DNA of 64,000 bases from Candidatus Micrarchaeota archaeon. GTDB taxonomy: Archaea > Micrarchaeota > Micrarchaeia > CABMEP01. Both the position numbers and the translations under genes were made by a program. This document shows, piece by piece, positions 29,743 through 40,052 of the stretch (position 1 is the stretch's first letter; every line of letters begins with the position of its first letter). Under the pieces are notes generated by a model. The model ran no database searches. It was given only the letters and a program-made list of their open reading frames with translations, and was not told where the DNA came from. Location: positions 14,473-78,472 of the forward strand of contig CAYHPR010000003.1 of NCBI GenBank assembly GCA_964358895.1. The letters run 5' to 3'.

Positions 29743-31035
29743 TTGGTAAATAAATTATTACATAATAACTTTAAAAAGTTTAAGAAAATATTTATTGAAC
29801 CTAGTGGTAATTTTATATTTTTATTTTTTGTAGCATTACTACTCTTTCTTACTATAAAAATAAGTTGTGCAGGTTTAAATGCAGATGAATATTCTTATTA
29901 TAATTTACTTAGATCTCTAATTGATTACGGAGATCTTACTCACCTTCCTAGTGAACTTTCCAGATTTATTTATCTGGCACAGCCCGGATATCCTATATTT
30001 ACTTACCCGATTTATTTACTAACTAATGAAGTTTATACTGTTTTTAACATATCTCTCAAGGAGATTGATAAAGATATTTGGCCAATAAATTACACTTTAG
30101 AACAGTTATACGATAAAGAAAAATTTTATGACAGTACGAACAAATTATTAGACGGTCGCCTCATAGTTAGTTTGTATGTGGTAAGTATACTCTTTTTTCT
30201 AATAGGTTTATATTTTCTTAGTCGAACTCTTCAGAATAAACTATTATTATTCTTATTTTTCTCAAGCCCAGGTCTTGTCGCACATTTTTTATATAATTTT
30301 ACTTATCCAACTTTTGTAGTTATAGGTTTAAATTCTTTGATAGTATTCTTATGGGTAAACAGCGCTAATAAAAACAACTATTTTTTACTTGGATTTATTC
30401 AAGGTCTTGCAGGCTTGGTAAGATATTCTACGTTAATCTTCTTACCTTTCTTTATTTTATTGCTCTTACAAGAAAAGAAAAAAAAGGAAGCATTGTTTTT
30501 AATTTTAGGATTTATCTGCGTTGCTTGGGTTTATTTATATATAAACTACGTATTTAGAGAAAATCCTATTGATTTAGGACAAAACTTTATTATTGAACGA
30601 TCAATAGTAAGCACAATTAATTCCGACCTATTAGAAAGTATAATTAAATTAACTAATCTTCAATATATTCTGGTTATTCCTGCGGGTTTCTTGTCCTTTT
30701 TCTATATTAAAAAAATGAACAGTAAATTTAAAATTTTAAAGCAGACTATGTTAGTTTATTTTTTAATTTTCTTTTTGATTTTAAGTGGATCTTATTATTA
30801 TTCTGCATTAAATCTTACATACGACACCAGTAGATATTTTAGTGAATTACTCCCAATAAGTTTATTATCGATCGATAAATTACCTACGCGCATACAGAGA
30901 TTAGTTTTGTTCGGAATACTTATCTTGACACCATTTAGTTATTTTTCATTTCCTTGGTTGGACAACGGCGGAAATAGTTGCATCTCATCTATTTTGGGAA
31001 ATTTAGGACATATGTTCGGATTAGTTCCTGAATAA
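29743..31035 (+). CDS. polytopic membrane protein, GT-C-like
   Basis: More than 10 TM helices. An acidic first loop (NADEYSYYNL) resembles the GT-C DE/DD motif. Confidence 0.4.
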   Translation: MVNKLLHNNFKKFKKIFIEPSGNFIFLFFVALLLFLTIKISCAGLNADEYSYYNLLRSLIDYGDLTHLPSELSRFIYLAQPGYPIFTYPIYLLTNEVYTVFNISLKEIDKDIWPINYTLEQLYDKEKFYDSTNKLLDGRLIVSLYVVSILFFLIGLYFLSRTLQNKLLLFLFFSSPGLVAHFLYNFTYPTFVVIGLNSLIVFLWVNSANKNNYFLLGFIQGLAGLVRYSTLIFLPFFILLLLQEKKKKEALFLILGFICVAWVYLYINYVFRENPIDLGQNFIIERSIVSTINSDLLESIIKLTNLQYILVIPAGFLSFFYIKKMNSKFKILKQTMLVYFLIFFLILSGSYYYSALNLTYDTSRYFSELLPISLLSIDKLPTRIQRLVLFGILILTPFSYFSFPWLDNGGNSCISSILGNLGHMFGLVPE

Positions 31036-31040
31036 TTTAT

Positions 31041-32561
31041 TTAGTTTCTTATCAATACAGAGTATCCCTTCATCCCAGTTATTTTTTCTGGTATTTCAGA
31101 GTTTATTACCTCTTTATACTTTTTTAAGCAGTCCCTATTAACGCCATTATAGCTTAAAAAATTTCCAGGTTTTAATTTTATTATAATATCGAACTCAATG
31201 TTTTCGCATTTGTTAACAACAATCTGTTCATCCCATAAACCTACTTTATCCAGATTCTGAAGGGTATAAGGATCGCCATACTCTATATCCTTATTTTTGT
31301 TAATACCCACAGAATATCCCTCTATGAAACTACTATTCTTATCTATGAGATACTCTTCGGTTTTTTTCATAATATCGGAATATTCCTTCAAATTTTCTTC
31401 GACATAATGATAAAAATTAAAAAAATTTGTCGGATCTAAACTTTCAATTAATGTGCTTTTTTCATATACATTAAACGGATAACCCTCTGGAGTGTCTTTT
31501 CCGAGAGGAGATGGGAAGATCACAAGAAAAATGAACACAAATACTAAGAGCATTTTCATATTCTGCCATTTATTTTTATTTTTTATTATTTCATAAATTA
31601 ATAAGGCAGTTCCGATAGTTAGTACAAACATTAATTCAAGATAATAATTTGTGTCGCTGCCAGTTTTACCGATTTTAATAAGTGAAATTAATATTAATAT
31701 TAGATAAATGCAAAGGAAAGGAGGTTTTCGCTTTATCAGTATATATGTGCCGCCAATTATAAATAATAAATTTTTCTGGAAAAATAAGAAGATTTTTTCA
31801 AAAAAGAACTCAAACGAATAGTTAATTCCAGGTATCGAATAGATTAAGGTGTGTAATACGTACTCTGATCTAGTCATATTCTCTAAAATCAATATAAATG
31901 CAGTTAGACTAATCATATATATAAAAATAATTTTTGTTAGACTTCTTTCATGGTTTAAAAATAAGTATATACATGCAGCTATGGGCCCAAGGATAAGCTC
32001 AGATTTAGTAAAAATCGCCAATATAAAGAAGATAATAGAAAAATAACAATTATTTTTACTCTTTTTATAATATAATATAAAATAAACACCTAATGCGGTA
32101 AATAAAATACCAAGCATATCAACTCTAAATAATGTTGACCATCTGAACACATACTCAGAAACGAAGAATAATAAAAATGAAATCAGACTTATACTTCTAT
32201 TTGAAGTTTCATTGTGAATAATTTTATATATAATTAATCCAATTAAAAGTGCGCTTATGAAGGATACTGCTCTTCCAACTATCAAGGATTTACCAATGAA
32301 AAGCATCGGTAGAGCCGAGAAGAGATAATAGACTGGGGGATAGAGCGTTACAGTAAACGGGCGTTCAAAAATATCAGTGTATAATCGGGATTCTTCATAC
32401 ATGCGTACGGTGTCCTGAAAGACATATGGTTCGATATAATTAATGTTATATTCAAATCCAAGAATCAATCCGGAATAAGCTAAAAATGCCATAAAATTAA
32501 CTAAAAGAATAGACAATACAATAATTATAGGAAACAAATACAAAAAATCTAAGCGTTTCAT
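31041..32561 (-). CDS. polytopic membrane protein with C-terminal soluble domain (GT-C or oligosaccharide-polymerase-like)
   Basis: About 11 TM helices followed by roughly 150 aa of hydrophilic C-terminus. No WWDYG motif, so probably not AglB. Confidence 0.4.
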   Translation of the reverse strand: MKRLDFLYLFPIIIVLSILLVNFMAFLAYSGLILGFEYNINYIEPYVFQDTVRMYEESRLYTDIFERPFTVTLYPPVYYLFSALPMLFIGKSLIVGRAVSFISALLIGLIIYKIIHNETSNRSISLISFLLFFVSEYVFRWSTLFRVDMLGILFTALGVYFILYYKKSKNNCYFSIIFFILAIFTKSELILGPIAACIYLFLNHERSLTKIIFIYMISLTAFILILENMTRSEYVLHTLIYSIPGINYSFEFFFEKIFLFFQKNLLFIIGGTYILIKRKPPFLCIYLILILISLIKIGKTGSDTNYYLELMFVLTIGTALLIYEIIKNKNKWQNMKMLLVFVFIFLVIFPSPLGKDTPEGYPFNVYEKSTLIESLDPTNFFNFYHYVEENLKEYSDIMKKTEEYLIDKNSSFIEGYSVGINKNKDIEYGDPYTLQNLDKVGLWDEQIVVNKCENIEFDIIIKLKPGNFLSYNGVNRDCLKKYKEVINSEIPEKITGMKGYSVLIRN

Positions 32562-32596
32562 AATTTATTTATCATATGCTATGTTTTAAACATAGT

Positions 32597-35266
32597 TTAT
32601 ATTATTCTTATAATCCGAATAATTTTTACTTTATCTTTTTCAAGTTCTGTTTCAAAATCTATTATTTTATCAATATTTAGTTGTACTTCAAAACCAAAAA
32701 ACCCAATCCCTTCTATAAGATTAATGATTCCTCCAGTTCTTTCCTGACCTATTAAGTTAATATCTATGGGCAAACGGTTGTTTAGGTTCCAGATTCTTTC
32801 ATTTCCTTCAATCTCTTCTGAGAATTCAATTTTTCCAGAAACATACATGCGCTCATTCAGATTGTTATATCCGTTTAGATCATTTATAGTAATGCTTGCA
32901 TTAATCCATGTCCAATTGGATGGAAGTTTCGGTTTAAGCATTAACGTGTTTGTTAAAGCATTGTAATCTGGGTCAGCAAATTTAAGATAAGCATCAGCAA
33001 AGAATGTTTCCGATTCCCAAGTATTTGGCCAGGCTGCTTCAAAAATAAATGGTTTAATTCCTGGTTTTTCTATTAAGCTAAACGTTGTATTGTCCTTCGG
33101 CTTAGCAATCTGCTCGGCCATTAAACCAAGGTGATCTGTGTGGTCTGCAATAAATTTAAGATAATTATGAGCTTCATCAATGTCATTTCCATTGTTTCTA
33201 TCAAACAGATACTGTGCAATCCAAACGCTACTTAATGTCCATGGGCCTCCATCATAATATACGTCCGCAAAGTCAGGACTATTGTCAGGTTTCTGTATGT
33301 CTCCCCATATATTAGTAAATCTATCCTGGCTATAATCTGTACTCTCTTCGTTGTAAATCCACGGATCCGTCCTGTATCTTATCGCCGAATAAGGTCCAAA
33401 ATAATCCATTTCATTATTAACCATTTTGAATTTGTTTTTTGGATCTTCAACAACACTTAAATCCGGGTTATTAAGATAATACTTTATTGCTTCAAACGTT
33501 TTTATTATTTTATCTTCGTTAGGTGCAAAAACATTTAGGGGGGTAACTGCGCCTAGCATAGAAATGTCAAGCACCTTTGATCGAGTAATATTATTACTAT
33601 ATCGAAAACTTCTTTTATGATTTATAGCGTGTAAATACCTTCCTTCTTTTTCTTCCCACATCTGTTCAAGACCTTGCTTGATCAATGTTTTTCTCTGTTG
33701 TCCTATATCTGCATCCTTTTTCTCTCCCTTTTCATTCGCTAAATTCTCTAATGCCTCAAGCCCTGCATAAACTGCTGCATTTGTATAGAAAAATGCACCA
33801 AACTTATCTTCCCATAATTCTTGTGAAAACATAAGACTTTCATTTTCCATAAAGTCAATCTGTCTACTCCAATACGTATCCTGATCATCATTTTCACTAG
33901 CTCCAAATGCCAAACTTTTTATTTGCTCATAATAACTAAAAATCAAATTATTTCCAGTTCGTTCATAATATTTCCATGTTGACCAAGGTATAAGCGCACC
34001 AGAATCTACTTGAACGTTTATCCAATCACTTTTCATTCCATCAGCATAGTACCGTTGTAAAAAATAAGTATTTCCCTGTCTGTTTATTATTTTCTCCGAT
34101 TTATTTACCCATTTTAGAAGTTCCACGAAATTATTCTGACCGTATTTCGACATTGTATCAAATACAAACGCTTCATCTCTTAGCCAAATACCTCTATACG
34201 CCCCACCAATAAGTCCTGCTAGATAAACTCCTCTTTCTTCATCAAAAAGTAAATTCGTTAGGATAAGAGCTCTTTTTGCAATGGCATCCATGTCTTTATC
34301 TGGTGTAGTCAAAGACGTTAGCGTTAATAAGAAATTTTTCCAATGTTTTTTAGTCAATTCTTCGAGTACATCTACTGACTGATTAACTAGCCACGTCTTG
34401 ATAGGAACTTCCCAGTAATAATATGCTTGAAAATCATCTTTATAAGGTCCATATGCTCCAATAACAAATAAAGTTACATCTTTAGTTTCATTAGGTTTTA
34501 GCTCTCCGATAGGCCAGGTTATTATTGTTAACGAATCATTTTGTTTCTTAATAACTGAATGTTTCTGAAAACTTAAAGTTTCAAAAAATAATGAAGCACC
34601 ATTTGTTTCAACATCATACCTAAGTATCGAATTGTTAGAAATCACTAACTGATCTTTATCTTTACCACCATTTATTGACCAATCTTCGAAGTAAAATAAA
34701 CTCACGTTTTTTATAGTAATCTCTCTCTCATTTTTTACTTGTATTTTTCTAATTATAAAATTAGTCAGCCTTTTGTTATCTGAATTTATCGGAAAGTTAA
34801 TCTCATCAGATTTTGGAGCAAAATCATTTATTTTTATACTGATCCCATTTTTATTTGCGTTGGTTTCCAAGATTGCCGTATCTTTAACGTACTCCTGTTT
34901 GTGGTTCCATTCGTCCGTGTTTAGCCAGTCTATATCTGGATTATTTTCATTAGTTTCGCTATAACCAAAAAAGTTTGACCAAATATTGAATTTCGCATAA
35001 CTAAATGTACTCTCTAAAGGCGTAGATCTCCCGTACATACTATTTTTTGAGGTCACCCCTAAATGTGGTGCAAAAATATCATATAATGTGCCGCGTTTAT
35101 CAATTATTGCCAGAATCTGACCATTTCCAATTATTCCATCTGGATTTCTTATATCCTCAGTATTTTTTGGCCATAAGTTTGTGTCATTATTTTCTTTCAA
35201 CTGCATTGCATTATTTAACGAAAAATTTAAAATCACAAAGATTATCAGCACACAGTACATTCTCAT
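32597..35266 (-). CDS. secreted GH15-like glycoside hydrolase (glucoamylase/glucodextranase superfamily), 889 aa
   Basis: N-terminal signal peptide. YRGIWLRDEAFVFDT resembles the GH15 W-x-RD-A/S motif. ELWEDKFGAFFYTNAAVYAGLEAL resembles the GH15 LWEE general-acid motif. Catalytic (alpha/alpha)6 barrel in the middle, flanked at both ends by roughly 300-400 aa of non-catalytic sequence. Confidence 0.5.
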   Translation of the reverse strand: MRMYCVLIIFVILNFSLNNAMQLKENNDTNLWPKNTEDIRNPDGIIGNGQILAIIDKRGTLYDIFAPHLGVTSKNSMYGRSTPLESTFSYAKFNIWSNFFGYSETNENNPDIDWLNTDEWNHKQEYVKDTAILETNANKNGISIKINDFAPKSDEINFPINSDNKRLTNFIIRKIQVKNEREITIKNVSLFYFEDWSINGGKDKDQLVISNNSILRYDVETNGASLFFETLSFQKHSVIKKQNDSLTIITWPIGELKPNETKDVTLFVIGAYGPYKDDFQAYYYWEVPIKTWLVNQSVDVLEELTKKHWKNFLLTLTSLTTPDKDMDAIAKRALILTNLLFDEERGVYLAGLIGGAYRGIWLRDEAFVFDTMSKYGQNNFVELLKWVNKSEKIINRQGNTYFLQRYYADGMKSDWINVQVDSGALIPWSTWKYYERTGNNLIFSYYEQIKSLAFGASENDDQDTYWSRQIDFMENESLMFSQELWEDKFGAFFYTNAAVYAGLEALENLANEKGEKKDADIGQQRKTLIKQGLEQMWEEKEGRYLHAINHKRSFRYSNNITRSKVLDISMLGAVTPLNVFAPNEDKIIKTFEAIKYYLNNPDLSVVEDPKNKFKMVNNEMDYFGPYSAIRYRTDPWIYNEESTDYSQDRFTNIWGDIQKPDNSPDFADVYYDGGPWTLSSVWIAQYLFDRNNGNDIDEAHNYLKFIADHTDHLGLMAEQIAKPKDNTTFSLIEKPGIKPFIFEAAWPNTWESETFFADAYLKFADPDYNALTNTLMLKPKLPSNWTWINASITINDLNGYNNLNERMYVSGKIEFSEEIEGNERIWNLNNRLPIDINLIGQERTGGIINLIEGIGFFGFEVQLNIDKIIDFETELEKDKVKIIRIIRII

Positions 35267-35278
35267 TTTATCTTGCTC

Positions 35279-35968
35279 TCATTTTTTATTAACACGAAAT
35301 ATTAATAGTTTTAAGAAAGTTTCAACCATGGCAATTAAGCTAAGTTTTGAGCCTGATTTTTCTTTCCAAATTATTGGGATAGAGGTTATGGTATAACCTT
35401 TATTCTTTGCTTTCCAAAGAATCTCTGCATCAAAACCCCAGCGTTCATTTTTTAAATTTTTAAATAACTCTCCTGCAATCTTTCTTTTAAAACCTTTTAT
35501 TCCAACTGCAACGTCATAATCAATCTCAAATAATATTTTGCTATACGCTCTATATATCTTACTAAGTTCCATTCTTAAAAACGATCGTTCCGTTTTCGAA
35601 TCTTTATGCATTCTATCTCCCAAAACTAAATCAAACGCAATAAGGCGACTTATCACGTTTTTGATTATTTCGGGGGAAATCGCGCCATCGGCATCTATAA
35701 AAATAATATTCTTTCCACTACTTAATTCTATCCCGGTTTTTATAGCGGCACCTTTGCCTTTATTTTTTTTATAATTATATAACTGTATATCTCGTTCTTT
35801 TTTTATAATTGATTTTATAATTATTTCAGTCCTATCCGTCGATCCATCATTAATTATTAAAATTTCCTTATCCTTTATTCCTTTTACAAATTTAATAAGT
35901 TTTATTAAAAATGGTTTTATTCTTTTTTCTTCATTATAAGCTGGTACGATTATAGTTAAGTTTTTCAT
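35279..35968 (-). CDS. dolichyl-phosphate glycosyltransferase (DPM1/AglD-like GT2)
   Basis: LTIIVPAYNEEKRI, IINDGSTDRT, GKGAAIKTG, FIDADGA, and a C-terminal FDAEILWKA typical of DPM synthase-like enzymes. Confidence 0.75.
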   Translation of the reverse strand: MKNLTIIVPAYNEEKRIKPFLIKLIKFVKGIKDKEILIINDGSTDRTEIIIKSIIKKERDIQLYNYKKNKGKGAAIKTGIELSSGKNIIFIDADGAISPEIIKNVISRLIAFDLVLGDRMHKDSKTERSFLRMELSKIYRAYSKILFEIDYDVAVGIKGFKRKIAGELFKNLKNERWGFDAEILWKAKNKGYTITSIPIIWKEKSGSKLSLIAMVETFLKLLIFRVNKK

Positions 35969-36054
35969 TTGTCACATTTAAGTGTTCATCTTTATCTATT
36001 TAACTAAGTACTTAATGGACATAGCCATAGACATAGAAACCTTTTTAAGTCTCA

Positions 36055-36312
36055 TTGAATTGTTATAACATGGCAAAAAAGACCAAGAGGGCGACAAAAA
36101 TGGCGAAAAAAGATTCAAGTCAACGAAACCAAGCAATCGGTATACTTATCTTAGCACTTATTGTGGCAGCTTTATTTGTGATTGTGGCAACAATTCCTCA
36201 GAGAACAACTCCGCAGACCGGAGCAGTTATCACAGGTGGTCAAGTTCAGCCACAAGTTACAAACGTATCTAAGCCATTGACAACGCTGCGCGTTGTTTAT
36301 ACTAAGTCGTAG
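36055..36312 (+). CDS. small single-pass membrane protein
   Basis: 85-aa ORF with a basic N-terminus and one TM helix (GILILALIVAALFVIVATI). Confidence 0.3.
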   Translation: MNCYNMAKKTKRATKMAKKDSSQRNQAIGILILALIVAALFVIVATIPQRTTPQTGAVITGGQVQPQVTNVSKPLTTLRVVYTKS

Positions 36313-36393
36313 AATTAGTTTTTAGAATTAGATTTTCGTTCTAGCTATCAGATCAACTTAAATATTATTTCTTTTCTTATTCTATTCTCAGGT

Positions 36394-38442
36394 ATGTTTA
36401 TGAAAGTTCCTAGGCTCCCTTATCCATTCATAGTAATATCTATTCTAGAATTATTCACACTGTTTGCTTATATAATCCCTTTTGTAGAAAAAAATAACCT
36501 TTACATCTGGGACATGGTCGGTCATTATTATTTGGCAGATTATTACAAAACAACTCTTTGGCCTCGTTTTGTAGGTTGGAACCCGCATTTTTTTGGAGGC
36601 TTTCCGCAAGGACAGTTCTATCCTCCATTATTCCATTGGTTAGTCGGAGGGATTGGTCAATTGACGGGTACATTCTGGGCATTTAAGCTGCTGACAGTTA
36701 TCGGGTTGCTTCTACCACCGTTCGCATTTCTTTATTTTGTTAGAAAACTCGGATTCAACGACAAAGAATCGGCACTTGCTGTGCTTTTCATGTTTCTTCC
36801 AATGATTTACGGATTTCATGGTGGCGGGTTCGAATCCACATTTAACATAGGTTTAGTAACTCAAGGTTTTTCTATTTCAATTTTATTTTTTTATTTAGGT
36901 GCTTTTATAAGTTCGTTAAGAAATAAGCGTTTCATATCATCAAGTATCTTTTTCGTATTGTTAGCACTCTCTCATTTTTACAGTACTTTTGCTGGAATCG
37001 TAGCAGCATTTGTAATTCTGTCGACCTTTTCTTTTACACAAACGCAGTTTGCTAAAGACTATTTTATTACGAGTTTTAAACATGCCTGCTTATCTTTAGC
37101 CCTTTTGAGTTTTTGGTTAATTCCGTTCATAGTTAATCTTCCATTCATTTCATCTTCTTATATCTCTGGTGAATTGCAGCCAATCTCCTCTGTAACGTTT
37201 TTTCTTTTATTGATCTCAATAATTGTCATAGCCAAAAATCAAGATAACCGGGCGTTTCTTGCGTTAGTCATTGCATTAGTCTTTCTTTTGTTATACGTTT
37301 TAGAATCAGTATTGACTAAATATCTGCCAATACAGTTGTATAGATTTTCTCTTTATCCGAGTATTTTTATTTCCGTTCCAGTGGGTATCTTGGCAGTTTA
37401 TCTAACGGGCAAAACGATTTCAAAATATTTTGGTCCATTTATAGAAAAAATAAAAATTTCAATAAATGAAGAAAAAATTTATCCATACCTGTCTGTTTTT
37501 TTTGTAGGCTTAACATTGTTTTTACTCTTTTCCGTACGTATATTTAATGTAGCAAATCCAGTCGGAACATTTGACATGAAACTCAATCTTCCTCTCGAGT
37601 TCGATTTTAGTTCAGGAAGAGTTCTAACAAATCCAATACAAAGCGATACAGGAGGACTTAATCCGATGTATCATATCGCTTCGCATCAAGTTGCATGGAA
37701 CGGAGCTGAGGAAGTCGGGGGACTTTTTGTTGAATCGACTCCGAATGCGGGTTACATTCAGCATATTAAACGTGAAATTGATCCAAGAGCGGCTAGCTGG
37801 GGCATCCCTACCTCATATATAACTGAAAATAAAGATGTTCTTTTGCCTTATCATGCAAAATATCTCGGAATCAGCTATATTTTGACAAATATAGACCCTA
37901 CATACTTCGAATCAATTTTTGGTAGATTATATTACTGGTATATAGATACGAATTCCGTATTCGGCATCTATAGATTAATTCATATCGCAGATAACAATGT
38001 GTTCGAAGTTCTTGATTATCAACCTGTCAAAGTTAATGGAGATTGGAGAGATGAGCAATTTGGTTGGTTCTTCGATGATCAAAGAATATCGAAGTTGATA
38101 ACTCCAGACGATGTCCCTTCAGTTGTAGGATCAAAAAATGTCACCGTTACGGTTTTGAGAAAAGAACCAGAACGAATAGAGTTGTTCATTAATTCTATGT
38201 CTCTTGTCCCAATTCATATTAAGATTCCCTATTATTCAAATTGGAATGCATACGTAAACGGCGTTAAGACGCAGATATATAAAGTTCCAGTAAATATGAT
38301 GCTTGTTTATGGAAGCGGAGTGGTTGAATTACGTTATGAACCAACTGCTTCAGATTATCTAGGTATGTTTATTAGTGCAATAGCAATTAGTTATTTGGCC
38401 TACGGTGTTATATTTGAAAAGAAAAATAAAAAAATTAAATAA
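36394..38442 (+). CDS. large polytopic membrane protein (GT-C/YfhO-like), 682 aa
   Basis: About 12 TM helices followed by a roughly 250-aa soluble C-terminal domain. No STT3 WWDYG motif. Confidence 0.4.
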   Translation: MFMKVPRLPYPFIVISILELFTLFAYIIPFVEKNNLYIWDMVGHYYLADYYKTTLWPRFVGWNPHFFGGFPQGQFYPPLFHWLVGGIGQLTGTFWAFKLLTVIGLLLPPFAFLYFVRKLGFNDKESALAVLFMFLPMIYGFHGGGFESTFNIGLVTQGFSISILFFYLGAFISSLRNKRFISSSIFFVLLALSHFYSTFAGIVAAFVILSTFSFTQTQFAKDYFITSFKHACLSLALLSFWLIPFIVNLPFISSSYISGELQPISSVTFFLLLISIIVIAKNQDNRAFLALVIALVFLLLYVLESVLTKYLPIQLYRFSLYPSIFISVPVGILAVYLTGKTISKYFGPFIEKIKISINEEKIYPYLSVFFVGLTLFLLFSVRIFNVANPVGTFDMKLNLPLEFDFSSGRVLTNPIQSDTGGLNPMYHIASHQVAWNGAEEVGGLFVESTPNAGYIQHIKREIDPRAASWGIPTSYITENKDVLLPYHAKYLGISYILTNIDPTYFESIFGRLYYWYIDTNSVFGIYRLIHIADNNVFEVLDYQPVKVNGDWRDEQFGWFFDDQRISKLITPDDVPSVVGSKNVTVTVLRKEPERIELFINSMSLVPIHIKIPYYSNWNAYVNGVKTQIYKVPVNMMLVYGSGVVELRYEPTASDYLGMFISAIAISYLAYGVIFEKKNKKIK

Positions 38443-39916
38443 TTTAAATAATTTAAATGTAGGGAGTTCTTTTAATCTCATAAATTTTTTGTTCAGTTTT
38501 TTTGATGCAAAAAAGATTGCATTTTTTTCATTTATCTTTTATTTTTTATTAATTCAGATTTATCCTTATAGGACATTTTTAGTGGGAGATGAAGTATTCT
38601 ATTATGATCAAGCTATAAAATTGCGCCAAGGTGTTATTGAAAACTTTCAAAATACTCAACCCTTCGCATATCCTGTATTTCTTGCAATAACTTTCATTTC
38701 TGATCTTACTATTCTTAGAATTATTAATTCAGCTATTGTATCTATCTCGGTCTACTTCCTATTTTTATATACTGAAAAGTTTTTCAGCAAAAAAACTGCA
38801 ACGTTATCTACCTTAATCTTTATAGTAAATCCTTGGACAGTTCAGATCGCTACGATATTATACACGGAATCTTTATTTCTTCTTTTTCTAATCCTCTCCT
38901 TCATCTTATATGAAAAATTTAAAGAAAAAAACGAGATCAAAATTTCGTTGTTGCTCGGATTATTTTTAGGACTTGCAATTGAAACTAGAATCGTAGGTAT
39001 CTTTTTACCCGCATTCTTCTTAATAAGATCTATTTTTGATCGGCGATTAACTAAATTTTTGCCAGCACTGGTTTTATCAATTTTAATTTTCTTACCGTAT
39101 CAAATACTAACTTCCGGAAAATTTATTCAAGAAAAAGTATACTGGACAGGATTTGACAGATACTTGTTCTCTTCCGCATTAGTAGAACTTTTTACAATTC
39201 CATTTGCTGAAAATCTACTTTTAGGTCCAGCAGTTATATCTATCGGAGTTTTTATGTTCGGTTTAGTCATTTTTTATGGAAGTTACTACCTATTTTATAA
39301 AAAATCAGATATAGTGTTTTTTATAATTTTGTTCACTACTGCGTTCACATTTACATCGAATTACCTATGGGGCAGATATTTTCTTCCACTGCTGCCCTTT
39401 TTTAGTATAGCAATCGTTTACGGTTACGAATTATCTAAAAAACTGAAAGAAAAGATTATCGAATACGGTTATTTGTTCTTCTTTATAATCTACTTTTCTA
39501 CTTCATTTATCGATGCGACAGGTGTATTATTCGGTTTCGAGAGGCCAATATTTTTATCATTTAATCGTTTTTATACAGTTCCTCCTTCAGGTTGTATGTT
39601 ATTAGATAAAGACTGGACGTTATATCACGGAGATATAAATTCAACAATTAATCTACCAAAATTTGATCAGTATGGAAATGCAGACTATCTAAAATCTGTT
39701 AGTATAAATGATTCTTATTCAAAGATTGTTGTATCAAACGGTGACGACGGTTATGAACTTTTTATCAATGATAATTTCATAGATAAAACACAAGATTCAG
39801 TTTTTAAGCCACATACAACTTACTATCAATTAAATCCCGGGGAGTATAACTTCAGATTTTTTGTATATAACCGTTACAATATAGGCGGGATAGGACAAGT
39901 GATGTTATGCAAGTGA
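38405..39916 (+). CDS. polytopic membrane protein, GT-C-like
   Basis: Acidic first loop (VGDEVFYYDQ). More than 10 TM helices. C-terminal soluble domain. Confidence 0.4.
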   Translation: MLYLKRKIKKLNNLNNLNVGSSFNLINFLFSFFDAKKIAFFSFIFYFLLIQIYPYRTFLVGDEVFYYDQAIKLRQGVIENFQNTQPFAYPVFLAITFISDLTILRIINSAIVSISVYFLFLYTEKFFSKKTATLSTLIFIVNPWTVQIATILYTESLFLLFLILSFILYEKFKEKNEIKISLLLGLFLGLAIETRIVGIFLPAFFLIRSIFDRRLTKFLPALVLSILIFLPYQILTSGKFIQEKVYWTGFDRYLFSSALVELFTIPFAENLLLGPAVISIGVFMFGLVIFYGSYYLFYKKSDIVFFIILFTTAFTFTSNYLWGRYFLPLLPFFSIAIVYGYELSKKLKEKIIEYGYLFFFIIYFSTSFIDATGVLFGFERPIFLSFNRFYTVPPSGCMLLDKDWTLYHGDINSTINLPKFDQYGNADYLKSVSINDSYSKIVVSNGDDGYELFINDNFIDKTQDSVFKPHTTYYQLNPGEYNFRFFVYNRYNIGGIGQVMLCK

Positions 39917-39920
39917 GTTT

Positions 39921-40019
39921 ATGAAAATGAAAAATAAAACTCAAATCAAAATTTCTATTGTTGTTCCAGCACACGACGGTCAAAGTTTTTTAGGAATAAC
40001 CGATTGTACGTGTTTATAA
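39921..40019 (+). pseudogene. truncated N-terminal remnant of a GT2 glycosyltransferase
   Basis: 32-codon ORF MKMKNKTQIKISIVVPAHDGQSF... carries the GT2 Rossmann start motif (compare VSIIVPAHNEE in the intact GT2 at 41024) and then stops. Confidence 0.5.
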
Positions 40020-40052
40020 CATTTACGGTATATATCCACCATACTTGGTAAT

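Noticed and set aside
36818-36840. tRNA T-loop-like string GGCGGGTTCGAATCCACA
   Set aside because: It lies inside the coding frame of the 36394-38442 membrane protein (HGGGFEST). No complementary T-stem, acceptor stem or D-arm surrounds it. This is a coincidental match.
14339-40019. Whether the AT-rich island is a classical mobile element (integrative element, provirus or transposon)
   Set aside because: I found no integrase, transposase or terminal inverted repeat, and no tRNA at an edge. The only decay signal is the GT2 remnant. I describe it as a compositional glycosylation island rather than calling a mobile_element feature.
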